DNA from: Octopus sinensis
Lineage: Eukaryota
Assembly (NCBI RefSeq): GCF_006345805.1
Contig: NC_043001.1
Span: 91,264,001 to 91,328,000 of the forward strand
Direction of reading: 5' to 3'
Length of the DNA stretch: 64,000 nucleotides
The translations under genes were made by a program, and so were the position numbers. Shown here piece after piece: positions 10,800-22,809 of this stretch (position 1 is the stretch's first letter; every line of letters begins with the position of its first letter). The notes under the pieces are model-generated. The model was given only the letters and a program-made list of their open reading frames with translations, was not told where the DNA came from and did not search any database.

Positions 10800-12605
10800 G
10801 GCTGAAGGTGGGTTCTAATCTTTATGTTTGATAATCTTAATGGTATATTCAATAGAATTCTTCTGTTTAAATTAAATTTCAACGCCGGTATCCTAAATTA
10901 AAGAAAAAAAATCGCTAATATAAAATTAAAAAAATAGCAGCTTGCTTTTCTGGTAGTAACTGTAATTTGCTATTTATAACCTTATCTGGCAATCCCGGCT
11001 CTTTATATCAGGTTAAAAGTACGAATTTTATTTATCATTTAAGATGTGGTGGAGAGCTAAAATAGAAATTCTAATCAAGGTCATCAGAATTCAAACAAAT
11101 CGAACACCTATCAAAATGATGTATTTTGTCTTTTACAAATCATTGGCAAAATAGTGACATGAATTATATCAATTTTCCACCCCCGCTTTAAAAGAAAGAT
11201 TTATGTGTATTTTTACTTAATAGTTGACAAATAGCAGTTATTTATCGAATAAAAAAAAATGCTCAAAGATGTCAATTGTAATTTCTGCTGATTCGTGAGT
11301 TTACAAACCACGGCTATAACGAATGTAGCATTCGTTGCAAGTTCTCCGTCCAGATATGAGAATATTTAGTAACTGCAGATTAAAACCTTTAACCTCTGGA
11401 GTGTCTGTTGTGCAGAGTCTCTATAGCTTTTGTTAATGTCCATGCCTGAAACTGCTGTATAGTGTTTGTATTTTCTTTATCTTAACATATTTCCCACACA
11501 TCTGTGTTTGAAGTTACTTATTGAGCGTCTATTTGCGGTAACTGTCCTATTTATATCTTGATGTTTTAGCCGCCCCATCATACCTATCAAAACCAATTTT
11601 GATTCGTCAGCTAAAGGGCTTCTCATCCAAATTCGCTATACAGTAGCGTTGAATTCATTTCCTATTGAACTGGTGCAGATCTCCTTCGATCCCTTGTATG
11701 CAATCTGTTTATTTTATTCAAGAGATATCTACCTCTTATCTAATCAGCTAAAAGTCTTTCACCGATGTGTATAATATACACGGACACGCAAGTTTCATTA
11801 GTATTTTAAACTTATATACAATCAAAAGTGATGTAATTTTGTCAGCCCACATATAAAATTTTTTTTTTTTTCTAACACTTATACTAGAAGCCAAATGAAT
11901 ATTTTCAACATTTTGCATTATAAAAGGAAATAAGCCGAACATTAGTCATGAAACTAAAATCATCGTCACGTGTGTGAGTGTGTGGGAATATGTCTGTGAG
12001 AGAGAATAAGAGTGCTCAATAAAGCAATATGAGAAGAGAGGTGGGGAAGAAAATACTCTTTATTAGAGAAGTAGAAGCTAACTACGAGTCCGAGACAGAT
12101 TTTGTTTCGTATTATACATTACTAAGGCCTCTGACGTCCTCGGCCAAAGAAATGTCATTCTTCTTCATTAGGTGTCGCACCTAAGAAAAGAGCCGGATCT
12201 TTTCATTTTGACCGGCAGATTTTTAAAATATCCAAAGAGCCTCGTTACGTAGAATACCTAAAGCTGGCGTAGGTGAAACAAATATTTCAATAGAAAATAT
12301 AGAATTTCTATGTTCTAGTACATATTTCTTTTTGTGTATCTTAAAAACCATTTTGCTTAGCAAACAGCCAATAGCAATAAAGAATTTCAAGGATTTTCCT
12401 CTTTCCAAAAAAAAAAAAAAAAAAGACAAACATACCAGGAATATTCGATTCTATGTCAAGAAAGAACAAAAGAGAAGGTTCACTAATTAAACTTATCCAT
12501 TATTTGGCTTCTTTTTCGCTTTAGATATGGAAAGTGTCAAACTTTTGCCAGCTGATTTTTCTACACATAACGTAATTCTCTGCAATTTACGAATGCGAAA
12601 AGTCG

Positions 12606-12898
12606 AGACCCCTTCGGTCGTGGCTGACCGTGGGATTGCACCGAGAAAGTTACCTTCCCAGGCACAAGTCCGGGCAAGGTTGTTTATGGAAGACCAGCAG
12701 TCGCCCATGCATACCGGCCTCCCCTCTCCACGCCACCAGTGTTATCCAAGGGTTAGGCACCTCTGACGTCGCAACTCATTTCTACAGCTGAGTGAGCTGG
12801 AACAGAACACAACACAACACGCAGCCCGGTCCGGGATTCGAACTCACAACCTCACGATCGTAAGCTCGACGCTCTAACCACTGAACCATGCGCCTTCA
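12606..12898 (-). mobile_element. tRNA-derived CORE-type SINE, family D
   Basis: Head TGAAGGCGCATGGTTCAGTGGTTAGAGCG..GAGTTCGAATCCC. Tail shared with the copy at 55740-56324. Confidence 0.85.
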
Positions 12899-13609
12899 TG
12901 CGAAAAGTAAAAACATGCTAATCAAAGGGATGTATGTGTGCGTACGTGTGTGTCCTTGTGCATGCGTGTCTGTGTGCACCCGTATCCCATGCGGGCCCGT
13001 TCGCTAATCTCTAGCACATGAAAAACAATGTCTAACCTAAACACGAAATGTAGTACTTCATACTTTTAATGACTTATGAGTGAATTCGGTCGACAGAAAT
13101 TGTGTGGAAGCACCGGGGGAGATATAATCGACTTCCCCTCATTTAATTTCTGGCCGTATACCAAAATTAGAAATTAAAGAAAAATAATACGACGAATGTT
13201 CAAATCTGGAATGATCTCTGACATTATCAGATCTTGACAACGACTAACCTGCAACTAAACAGTAATACGAAAAATCTAATACCGAATCAGATAAAAAAAA
13301 AAAAATTAACGGTATATCTTGATGTGGATACAGCTATGAATTAAAACATATGAGGTTAACTCTTTGGGTAGAGAAATAAACTGGCCGAATCACGTAATCC
13401 ATGGTGTCGAATCGCGTATCTCTGTAAAATCGATCCTAATTCAGACAAATGTCCAACAATTTTGAGAAGAGAATGATAGGTAATTAAATCGAATTCCAGT
13501 ATTTTACTATTACTTTATTTCATCGAGTCCCGATTTAAAACTTAAAGAGCTGGAATAAATGCCGCAAAAGACATTCTTCCGATAATCTATCGATTTGGCC
13601 AACCCAACA

Positions 13610-14660
13610 CCTTAATGATTGTGGAAATAGCAGCAGTGGAGGCGGTCGAGGACTGCCTCAGAGAAGTTAAGACTGTAACGACATGCTGCACCAGAGTGGG
13701 GAAGTACGGCGCGATAGAAGTGCGCTTCGTGAATGAAGAAGCGAGAAAGTGCTCCACTGTGCCGTTGAGGTCGGTTGAGTGGGCGCTGCTACCGACTTAC
13801 TGTGGCGGGCGTGCTGCCGGAGTGGGAATGGGTGGGGTGCCCCCCGGAGGTTGATGAGGCGTGGATGGTGGCAGCCATCTTCTGCAGTGCGGAGGAGGAC
13901 ATAGAAATGTTGAAGGTATCGAGAGCTGCGGAGATGCCGCTGGTGGAGATGTGGACTGGAGGTGTCGGTCCATGTGGGCTTGCCGGAGCTCCGCAGGATT
14001 GCGGAGGAGCTGGTGCTGCTGGACGAAGCAAGGTTGGGAGTTGTGGTGGTGGTGGTGGGGGGGAGGACCGCCTGTGTTTTCTATGTGGGGTGGAGTGGGG
14101 AGCATGAGGGCTGGGTGTCCCCAGAAGCACGAAGGGGGAGACGGAGAGGGAGTGCCGGGGGAGGGTGCAGCCATGGAGGGGGATGATGGAGGAGCGGTGT
14201 GCGGTAATGTAAGGGAGGAGGAGTAATGTAGACTCGCCGCCGGGGGGTCCGAGGAGGGGGTTGACGGCCGGAGGGAGTAGTGAAGGTTTGGGGGCCGTTG
14301 TGCTGAACTGGGAGGGAAGAGATGGATTGAGGGAGTTGTTTGGTGAAGGAATGGAGATGACAGCGATGCAGATTTGTTGCGACGAATTGCCGCCGGTGGT
14401 GGTCTTCGAAGATTTAATGGACTTTGTGTGAATAAAAAAAAAAAGGAAACCAACAGATACAAGACTGATATTGAACAGTTCATTTAAAAACAGTAAAATG
14501 GAACTACCTGCTTATGGGGGGTAGGTAAGCCATTCCTTCCTCATTTTCATTATATCCATAATTCATTCGATATGTGTTTTAATGTACCCCATTGTATTGC
14601 TTTGTCTGTTTTTGTATTGTCCCTTCTCTATTAAGGCCTTGTACCTAATTAAAGAAATAA
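13610..14660 (+). mobile_element. L1/Tx1-like LINE remnant: ORF1 with degenerate CCHC knuckle, ORF2 start, then 3' end (internally deleted)
   Basis: Frameshifted translation KYGAIEVRF..STVPLRSVEWALLPTYCG..VPPEVDEAWMVAAI..PPV-CFLCG..G.MRAGCP. ATGGAACTACCTGCT near 14498. Clade assignment is from recall. Confidence 0.65.
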
Positions 14661-15003
14661 GGACGTTGGTATTGCCTTGGCGGAGGTTTTCGCTCTCTGA
14701 GTGCTCTTATTATTATTATAGGCGACTAACTGACAGAATCGTTACAGTGTCCGGAAAAAGTGCTTTGCAGTATTTGTTCCGCCTTTTTACATTCCGGGAT
14801 CAAATTCTACCAAGGTTAACTCTGTTTTTCATCCTTGAAGGGACGATAAAACAAAATTTCAGTCTACTTAGTATGGGTGGGGCTGATAGTATCGACAAAT
14901 ATCCTCCCCTCAAAACTCTTAAATCAGAATCCACCTTCTGTAAAATAAAATTTACCAATAATAATAATAATAATAATAATAATAAGAGGTGGGGGCTACT
15001 CAC

Positions 15004-15236
15004 CGACACATGTCGTTGAAGAATATATCGTAGCGACCTTTACTTTCTTTCAGCTCATTTAAGTAACGGGCCGGACTATTAGTCGGTGTATTGCCTTGAA
15101 TCTGATACGACTCCAAATCTTGTTCGGTAATCCAACGGAAAATAACTCGAACTTTGGCAACTTCATCATTAGCAAATGGCGAAATTAAATATTGGACAAG
15201 TTCTTCAAGTTCAGTTGTCAACAAGTTCTTTGGTGC
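15004..15236 (-). CDS. Hillarin/KY-like protein exon (APKNLL...KVRVIFRWIT...FFNDMC), start of transglutaminase-like domain
   Basis: Acceptor cttcttTGCAAG at 15238-15237, donor CG|GTGAGT at 15003, 233 nt (phase 0 to 2). The KVRVIFRWIT motif is typical of the KY/hillarin family. Confidence 0.9.
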
Positions 15237-16152
15237 CTTGCAAAGAAGATAAAAGAAAGGAGTCATAGAAAATGATTCATGGATTTCTGAAAGGAAGAAC
15301 GTTTTACCCTCTTGTTTTAATCATAGGACTGCAGCCAAACTGGGGCACCACCTTGAAGGGTGAAATGAACCCTAATACATTTATTCTATCATTTCCTGTT
15401 ACCGAACTGCTGAGTTATAGTGACATAAACAAAGCCAATGCCGATTGTCAAGCGGTGCTAGAGAGTAAAACAAAATTTCGGTCTTGAATTCCTTTTAAGT
15501 GACCGACAGTGCAAGATGGCCTTCCACCTTTGAATAATACCTCCAGTCCGTCACACGGTTAACCTCTCAGCTTTGTTGCTACTCATATTCAGCTTCGCAG
15601 CTGGAAATAATGCGAAACAAAGTACCTTATTCAAGTTCATAACGTGCCACCTGTACTGATAATTGAGCCCACGACATAGCGAATGTGAGTTCAGCAACTA
15701 AACCTTTACATCACACACGCACAGAGAGTGGGTGAGAGAGATATTGGTCCTAGTACTTTATCGACCAAGTTCGCTTCGACAGGATTAACGTCAGAACTCA
15801 AAGAGCCTTGATATTTAAATATTCATAGTAAGGCATTTTGTCCGACGTTCGTACGATTCTGACAATCTATTTATCTTCGATTACCGGCACTCCGATCTTC
15901 TTTTATCGGAAAATGTCATAAAAAGATGTAGTTACCAGGAATTGAACTTGCATATTATTAATAAATCAACCAATTTAGGTTTCTTCGCCTCTTTTTTACT
16001 ACTACTACTGCTACTACAAGCATCCAACCAGAAAATCCATAGCGAGAGAGGGAGAGGTATAAGTTGTGAGGAGTAGAAAAGAAAGCGATTAAGGAGAAAA
16101 CAAGAAATTTTAAAGAAATTAAAAGGTAAAATCAAAAACATTGAAGTTTTAC

Positions 16153-16410
16153 ATTTTTGGCGTGGGAATCCGTCTTTCCGAAATCATTTTTCTTGTAGAT
16201 TTCTTCTTTTGGTCGATATCTTGGATAAGGCAGTGCTTTGCCCTTCCGGTCACGAGGTAAAACAGAGCGAAGATCATTGGCTGTTATTTGGGCTTTTATC
16301 AAAAGTTGTGGCGTTGGTGGTTGCCGATCGAATTTATAAGGTTTCAAGGCATTTTTAAGTGCTGCATAGTAATCTTTTACAGATATTGCTGCTTCTTTGG
16401 CATCCATCAT
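16153..16410 (-). CDS. Hillarin/KY-like protein, first recognisable coding exon (MMDAKEAA...DSHAKN)
   Basis: ATG at 16410. Acceptor ttataatttcAG at 16429-16428 lies 17 nt upstream. Phase-0 donor AAT|GTAAAA at 16152. Joins in frame to the next exon as HAKN|APKNLL. Confidence 0.8.
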
Positions 16411-17085
16411 TATTGGAATTTGTGCTTCTGAAATTATAAAAATAGAACAAATGTTTAAATAGTCTTATTGTATTTCATCTATGTAATTTTGCAATAGGAG
16501 CGGCCAATAGGATTAAGAAAATATCTCTAAATATTTATAGATACGTATCTCAATGTGGGCTTATCACAAATATGAATTTGTTAGTCATCTCCGCCACGTT
16601 ACACACTTTCAAAGTCATTCAGCAATTGCTGCATTGGAACGGAATAAGGTTTCTCTAAAAATAAATACTGCTCTTATCTCAATAAAGGGCTTGGCAATTC
16701 AAAGCACAATCCAATATAACAAACACATAAGATGTAGTCATCATAATTTGCTGGACGTGATATGAAAGTCGTTAACATTTGTTATTATATAATTAAGAGA
16801 CCAAGTTGCTATCTGAGGGCGGCGACCATCAAAATGGTATCTTTGAAAAAGGAAGTCTGTACTCTTCATTTGCTGTAACTAATACATTGCTATACTAAAA
16901 ATTCACAGTGATTGTTTTAAGATGTTAACTGCCATCGAGTGAACGTTTTAGAATATTTGGACGTTGTATCTCAATGCAAGCGCTACGATAGCCAGTTACT
17001 AGAGGTAGGGCTGATGAGAATGGATGGAGGGAGGATTCAGTCAGTACATCGGTCTTGGAGGTATCTTAATCTAAGCGTTCCCAAT

Positions 17086-17220
17086 ATTTTAATTGCGTGT
17101 AGGGCTTATGAGAAGGGGCAGAGAACTCTGTACATCGGTCTGGGGCTGTATTTTAATTGCGAGTAGGGCTTATGAGAAGGGGCAGAGAACTCTGTACATC
17201 GGTCTGGGGCTGTATTTTAA
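17086..17220. repeat. 64-bp tandem duplication, with a diverged third unit upstream (about 17005-17075)
   Basis: ATTTTAATTGCG(T/A)GTAGGGCTTATGAGAAGGGGCAGAGAACTCTGTACATCGGTCTGGGGCTGT at 17086 and 17150. Confidence 0.9.
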
Positions 17221-17827
17221 TCTAAGCATTACAAATACTTTAACTGCGACTCTTTTATTACAGATAAAAACTTGTAGGAAGGGGTGGCAGATTCAGTCGG
17301 TAAATTGAGACTGGATCTCAGTCAAGGATAGGTTCATGAATATCCGATAAGTTCGACTCTAAAAGGAAAACCTAAAAAGTCCTTTGTATTTTAAGAGGAC
17401 CCATCTCCGATGGCCCCTAAGTGGATTTTGTTCCGCCTGGCAACATTTCCCTCAAAGGCTCTAACTCTAAGCTATAATGCATTGTATATTTGAGCTGTTT
17501 ATGGAAATGAACGCCTTACTGATAGCAAATGGGGGAAATCTGGATATAGATTCCGGTTCAGCTCTCTAAATAGTTGCAGCTTCCTTAGACCTTATCTATC
17601 GTAAATACTATAAAAAATAATCAAAACTCATCTGATTTTTAAGTATGAGCGATATAGCCTAGATAAAAACACCAATTTACTTCAGGCAAATTTTCTAAAA
17701 GATCTTACACCTATTCCAGATTTTTAGTTGAACTAAGCTAATAAATTTTAAACGTTCTATCTAGAGACAAGTAGAAATACAGTACTAAGAGATGAACTCA
17801 AAACATTTTAGCAGGACAGTTTATTTA

Positions 17828-18044
17828 TTAACCCTTTAGCATTTAAACTGGTCATGTCTGGCTCAGATATTCTACCTGTTTCATGTTCAAACTGGCCAGA
17901 TCCGGCCTCTCACATCTACCCCAAAAATGACATTCTAAAAATAAACAATCACATCATTGAAAGCTCAAACCTATTAATTAATTCAAACAATGTTAATGCA
18001 TAAGCTTTTCATTTGAAAGAGTAATCTGAATGTTAAAGGGTTAA
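17828..18044. mobile_element. piggyBac-type MITE (209 bp)
   Basis: TTAA at 17828-17831 and 18041-18044. TIRs CCCTTTAGCATT / AATGTTAAAGGG with one mismatch. Confidence 0.85.
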
Positions 18045-18050
18045 TATAAA

Positions 18051-18299
18051 TGTTCCTTCTCGAGCCATGCCAGGCTCATAAGGGCCGGTTCCTCGGTTTC
18101 AGTGGCGTAGAAATTCCCCACCTGGACGGGACGCCGGTCCGTCGCAGGATTACTCATTTTTGCCAGCTGAGTGGACTGGAGCAGCGTGAAAATGAAGTGT
18201 TTTGCTCAAGAACACAACGCATCGCCCGGTCTAGGAATCGAAACCACAACCTTACGATCACGAGTTCAACACCCTAACCACTAAGCCACGCGCCTCCAC
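18051..18299 (-). mobile_element. Family-D SINE, short-tail variant
   Basis: tRNA head plus CORE (GTTGTGTTCTTGAGCAAAACACTT), tail GGCCCTTATGAGCCTGGCATGGCTCGAGAAGGAAC. Confidence 0.85.
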
Positions 18300-19329
18300 A
18301 AAGAGTTAATGTAGAGTAATGAAATTATTTCAGTAATTTAAGAGAAAAATCATTAATTTTCTGGTCTAACAAAAATAGCAGAGCTAGAATAGTAACTAAG
18401 GCGCTCAGAACATTTATATTATACTCTGAGTTACCTGAAAGGTTGAACACAATACTATAAATTGCACAGAGAAGTTATTCACAGATAACTTAATTGGGTG
18501 CATGACTTGAGTATTTTATTTCAAGAGAGGAAGGCCACATTTACAAATTTAGAGGAAACGTATGATGTTACGCACAATAAAGCCACAAGAAGTGTAGGTA
18601 AAATTTAAATAATTTAACTACAATTCAAGGTCATGTTACGGATTCATTTCACTGGGAGTCTTTTCTTTCACTAAAAGTATTAACTTCGCATTCTCCTTCT
18701 GTAGTCCTCAAGAAACGAACAACAAATTGATACTGGGCTATAGATTCGGCGCACTAGGAGAAATCAACAGTTGAAGTATCAACTTCTCCACATTATCCTT
18801 CAGTCAAGAAGTGTTGGTAGAGCTTTAGACACGACCCGCTCTCAATATAAGAAAGAAAATCAACGAAGAGAGCTCTTCATATACACATATCGGGAAATAC
18901 GATCGCCCTCTCTCTCTCTCTTTTCAGATGTCTAAACAGGAATCTAATATAGATCGGTCAAAATATTTAAGTTATCCCGAGAATTTTCTTGTTAAATAGT
19001 AGCTACCTGTTTTCATTATAGCGAGAAAATGCTCACCTGCTTTTATAGTTACGTATCTACTTTCTTCCTGGTTATACTTGTAAAGGCAGATACAATGAAA
19101 TCTGGAAGTGGTTTGTTTAAGCCCTTACAACAGATATTATCGAGTAGCGAGTTCAAATGGAAACTTAACAGAGTTACGAAATAAAGCAACATGTTTATAC
19201 AAACAATAAATGTAGGCTAAATACTAAAAGACTTCATTTTATTCTTTTATAGATTTCAGCTTAAAGCTGCGGCCATGCAGGGGCGCCACCGTGTTGCTAC
19301 ACTGTTATTATTGAGAGCCTGCTCTGATA

Positions 19330-19545
19330 CGTGGCATTTGGTGACTAAGAGTTTGATGTCGCTGCTCCCATTTGCCACGAGGTAGATTCATCTGGGTATC
19401 TCGACAAGAAGAGACCCAGTTTTGCTTTGAAAACACCTACATCCACTTTGTGTGTAGGTCCCTCATGAAATTGAAGACAGAGTAACGGAGAGCAGAACTT
19501 ACTGCATGGCGTGACGGGAAACTCATTTCGGTCGAGGCTGTTGAA
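19330..19545 (-). mobile_element. CR1/L2-like LINE ORF2 C-terminal remnant
   Basis: VDVGVFKAKLGLFLSRYPDES..AATSNS resembles the CR1-type FK.KLD.FL..VPD.P terminus. Confidence 0.6.
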
Positions 19546-19602
19546 GATTATATACATAGACACACGATATTTGTATATATAAACACAAGCACGCGTGATT
19601 GG

Positions 19603-19633
<31 letters not shown>

Positions 19634-19678
19634 TCTATCTTTTTTCATTTTCTCTCCAATTAAAAAAAAAGCTCAACC

Positions 19679-19714
19679 CTTTCTGTCGAAGAGCGTAGGC
19701 TCGAACCCTCAAAG
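19679..19714 (+). ncRNA. Degenerate minimal Penelope-type hammerhead motif (paralogue of 22842-22877)
   Basis: CUUU-CUGUCGA-A-GAGC(GUAG)GCUC-GAAC-CCU-C-AAAG. GAAA and the stem III palindrome are mutated. Confidence 0.4.
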
Positions 19715-21064
19715 ATGTTTCCATCAAACTAACACACCTCTTTATCGTTTCCTCAGTCTTCGGCTTTTGTTTTCTGTAAATTTCAACTCACACACACACA
19801 CTCGCATATTTCTGTAAATACGTAAATACAAATGTATTGTTTTTTTATTCAGGACAAAGGCAGTACCCACGATCGTTTACGAGACCTCTGAGTCTAATCT
19901 GAAGTAGGAAGGTATCCTGAAAGTGGAGACCTGACAAAGATCTCTGCAACAGAACAGACTTCGCTAAAGGCACCCTAGATAACAGATGGGAGAATTTAAC
20001 TAGGTTTACCGTCCATGTGTATCTACTATAATAAGGTTTGCGATTGCTTACATGCGTACACAAATATAATCCACGTAGAGTGAATATACTTATAAAGATA
20101 TAAACAAATTTTGTAGTCAAAATATTTTTATATATTGTTCCATAATGCAGCGATCTCCAATCTTATATTTTTGCATAACAGACCGGTTTGATGCAAAACA
20201 ATTTCTCCACAGACCGAGGGGGATCAGACGCATAACAATACTCAATGAAGTGCATAGTATATAATTCAATTATTACTTATATAATACTTATATAATGCAG
20301 AAACACCTAGCAGACTGCGATGATCAATAAAATAGAAACGAAATTTAGAAATTTGTTTTTGTGCGCCCCGTACCAAATGATGTGCGGCCCGGTGGAGTAT
20401 AATGATAAAAGAGCTTTGTTGACAATTTATTAATATCTACTGTCTAATCTGAGTATTTATTTATAGCACGTGCCATGTGTGTGTGTGTATTCTCTCAAAG
20501 ACGATAGCACAAAGAAACTGATGTTATTCGAAGATTTATTTCACTTGGCTTAGCAATATATTCAACCTTATTTAACAGAAAAAGCGAAAGTGATGGTATC
20601 ACTTTATGCAATTGGCTTATGAAACCTAGTTTTTATTTTTAAAACCTCACTAGATATGATACAACAAAAATAAACAAGGTCATTTGGAATCGCATATAGA
20701 ACTGAAAAGTTTTATGAGCTAACATATTTTCAAAGAAGAATGAATTCTTTGTGTAGACGCTTCAGTTGAAAGACCAGAAAACGATAGAGTGTGTGTATGT
20801 GTGTTTTGGTAGGCACCTTGTTTATAGATGTACATAGTAACAATGGGAACCGTTGTATAAAGCAATTCTGGTGATTTTTCGCTTTTTTTAGATGTATTTT
20901 ATTTGCAGTCAATGGAATTAAATAGCCTGGAATTGGGCAAACAATTGACATGGCCGTTTCTGTCTTGTTATATTTATATTTATCTGCAGATGTAGCGAGT
21001 TGATTCTTTTTTGTAGGTTTGCGGGGAAAAATAGCTTCACTGTTAAAATTAATGTACTATGGTT

Positions 21065-21260
21065 GAGTGTGGTGCGTGTGCGTATGTGCGTGTGGTGAGT
21101 GTGTGTTGTACGCGTGTTGTATGTCTGCGTGTGCGTTGTATGTGTGCGCGTGTCTTGTATGTGTGCGTGCGCGTGTGTTGTATGTGTGCGTGCGCGTGTG
21201 TTGTATGTGTGCATGCGTGTGTGTTGTATGTGTGCGTGTGTTGTATGTGTGGTGTGTATA
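21065..21260. repeat. TG-rich minisatellite, about 24-bp unit (GTGTGTTGTATGTGTGCGTGCGC-like)
   Basis: Recurrent TTGTATGT spaced about 20-24 bp. Confidence 0.8.
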
Positions 21261-22403
21261 CACTCACATAGAGGCTAGTAGAGAGGGGGTATAATGAGAG
21301 GGAGTGAAGAGTGGATCAAAACCGTGGGAAGGGTGGTGTGGATGATGAAGGAAAGGAAAGAGGGTGGGATAGATAGATAGATAGATAGATAGACAGGGTG
21401 ACAGTGTTATTAACAGATGTGTGTGTGGAATAAAGAGCAGACATTTTCTAATGCGACCTCTATTGTTTACAGTTGGTCGTTTAGAGACCGCTTTTGTTAA
21501 TCCTCAGAGTAGCTTATTTCCTGATTATTTCGTCTCGCGGCTGAAATGGAAGCAAGTCTGAGAGTAGGGGATGGAAATAGTACAATAACAGTTTGTATAT
21601 TCACTAGTTTATTCTATAATTAACAACGAAATCATCGTAAAAAGAACACAGTAAAGTAGGATGGCTGGAAGAAAGCACATAGGTAGAAAGTTTAGCAAAC
21701 TGGATTGAATGCCTGGTAGATTTTGTTCCGATTCTCTGCGATATTCAAATTCTACTGAGATCAACTTTACTTTTCTTTCTTTCAGAGTCGATAAAAAAAA
21801 AAGCTACATTGGGTACACAGGGTGGTGGATTGAGGCACGTGAATAGGTTGTTAGACAGCAAGTTTTGCGGTATTTATTCTAACTATTCGCAGTTTGATAG
21901 CAATGCGTGCGACGACAATGATGCCATGCTGTAGCAAGCCCAAAAGAGGCGACCCTTGCTTTAGACAGCATTGGCTTTATAGATTAAACATGCAATTTAC
22001 ACAAAGTGAAAGTAAATAATATTAGATGAAAGTAAATTGCGATAAAAACCGGAAAAGACGACAGTGACAGACCAAAATTTCATGAAAAGAACGAAAAATG
22101 TCCTTATAATGCCACGCTCACAGGCAGCTAAATGTATAGAAAATTGTCAGGTTGCTCGCTTAGCCAGCGGAGTGGCGTCATTTGAAGGCTCCAACAATGC
22201 GAAGCGTATTGTGACCAGCGATGTGTAGCAACATATGATATATAAGAGAGAGTGAGAAAGAGACGCAGGGGTGGCTGTGTTGTAAGAAGTTTGCTTTCCA
22301 ACCACATGGCACCTTGGACAAGTGTCTTCCGCTATCGCCTCGGCCCCACAAAAGCAATAATAACGCTAAATTCAAATTCATTAGAAACTGAATGAGAACA
22401 TAC

Positions 22404-22499
22404 GAAGAAAGAGTGATTTTTGATATGGAGGATGACAACTCTGCACATCTTTCAGTCTTATTGTATCTCCTCAGCAAAGCAGAGTCTTCCATGTGGTTC
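22404..22499 (-). other. Candidate upstream (5' UTR) exon of the KY-like gene
   Basis: Unique 96-nt segment with acceptor tgtttgttcAG and donor GTATGT on the gene strand. Its ATG-bearing frame is not in frame with the 16410 ATG. No transcript support. Confidence 0.25.
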
Positions 22500-22809
22500 C
22501 TGAACAAACAGTTACTGAAAGAACAATTACTACACTGATTCTAGACGACCCGAAATCAAATTAAACGAATAAGATTATTTTCGTATGGCGATGTTTTGAT
22601 TAAATCGTTATACGAAACCTTCTGGTAGAATGTGTAAACAGTAAAACTTATTTTGTTTTTAAACCTGATGCTTCAATAGTTCCGTTACGTTATAGATTAC
22701 TATCTGTTAAGAAACTTAGCTAAAAGACTAAAGATGCAGTTATTTGAAACTAAAGAAAACAGCGAGATAGTACAAAATCTCATTGTGCTATTGGCTACTT
22801 ATGTAGCTT

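Noticed and set aside
11385-11450. Possible extra minus-strand exon in intron 2 (tttcag|GCATGGAC..CAGAG|GTTAAA)
   Set aside because: The donor is weak, the cassette frame has a stop, and exons 2 and 3 already join into an uninterrupted family motif.
13797-14483. 228-aa Pro/Ser-rich minus-strand ORF
   Set aside because: It is the antisense shadow of the G-rich LINE ORF1 remnant.
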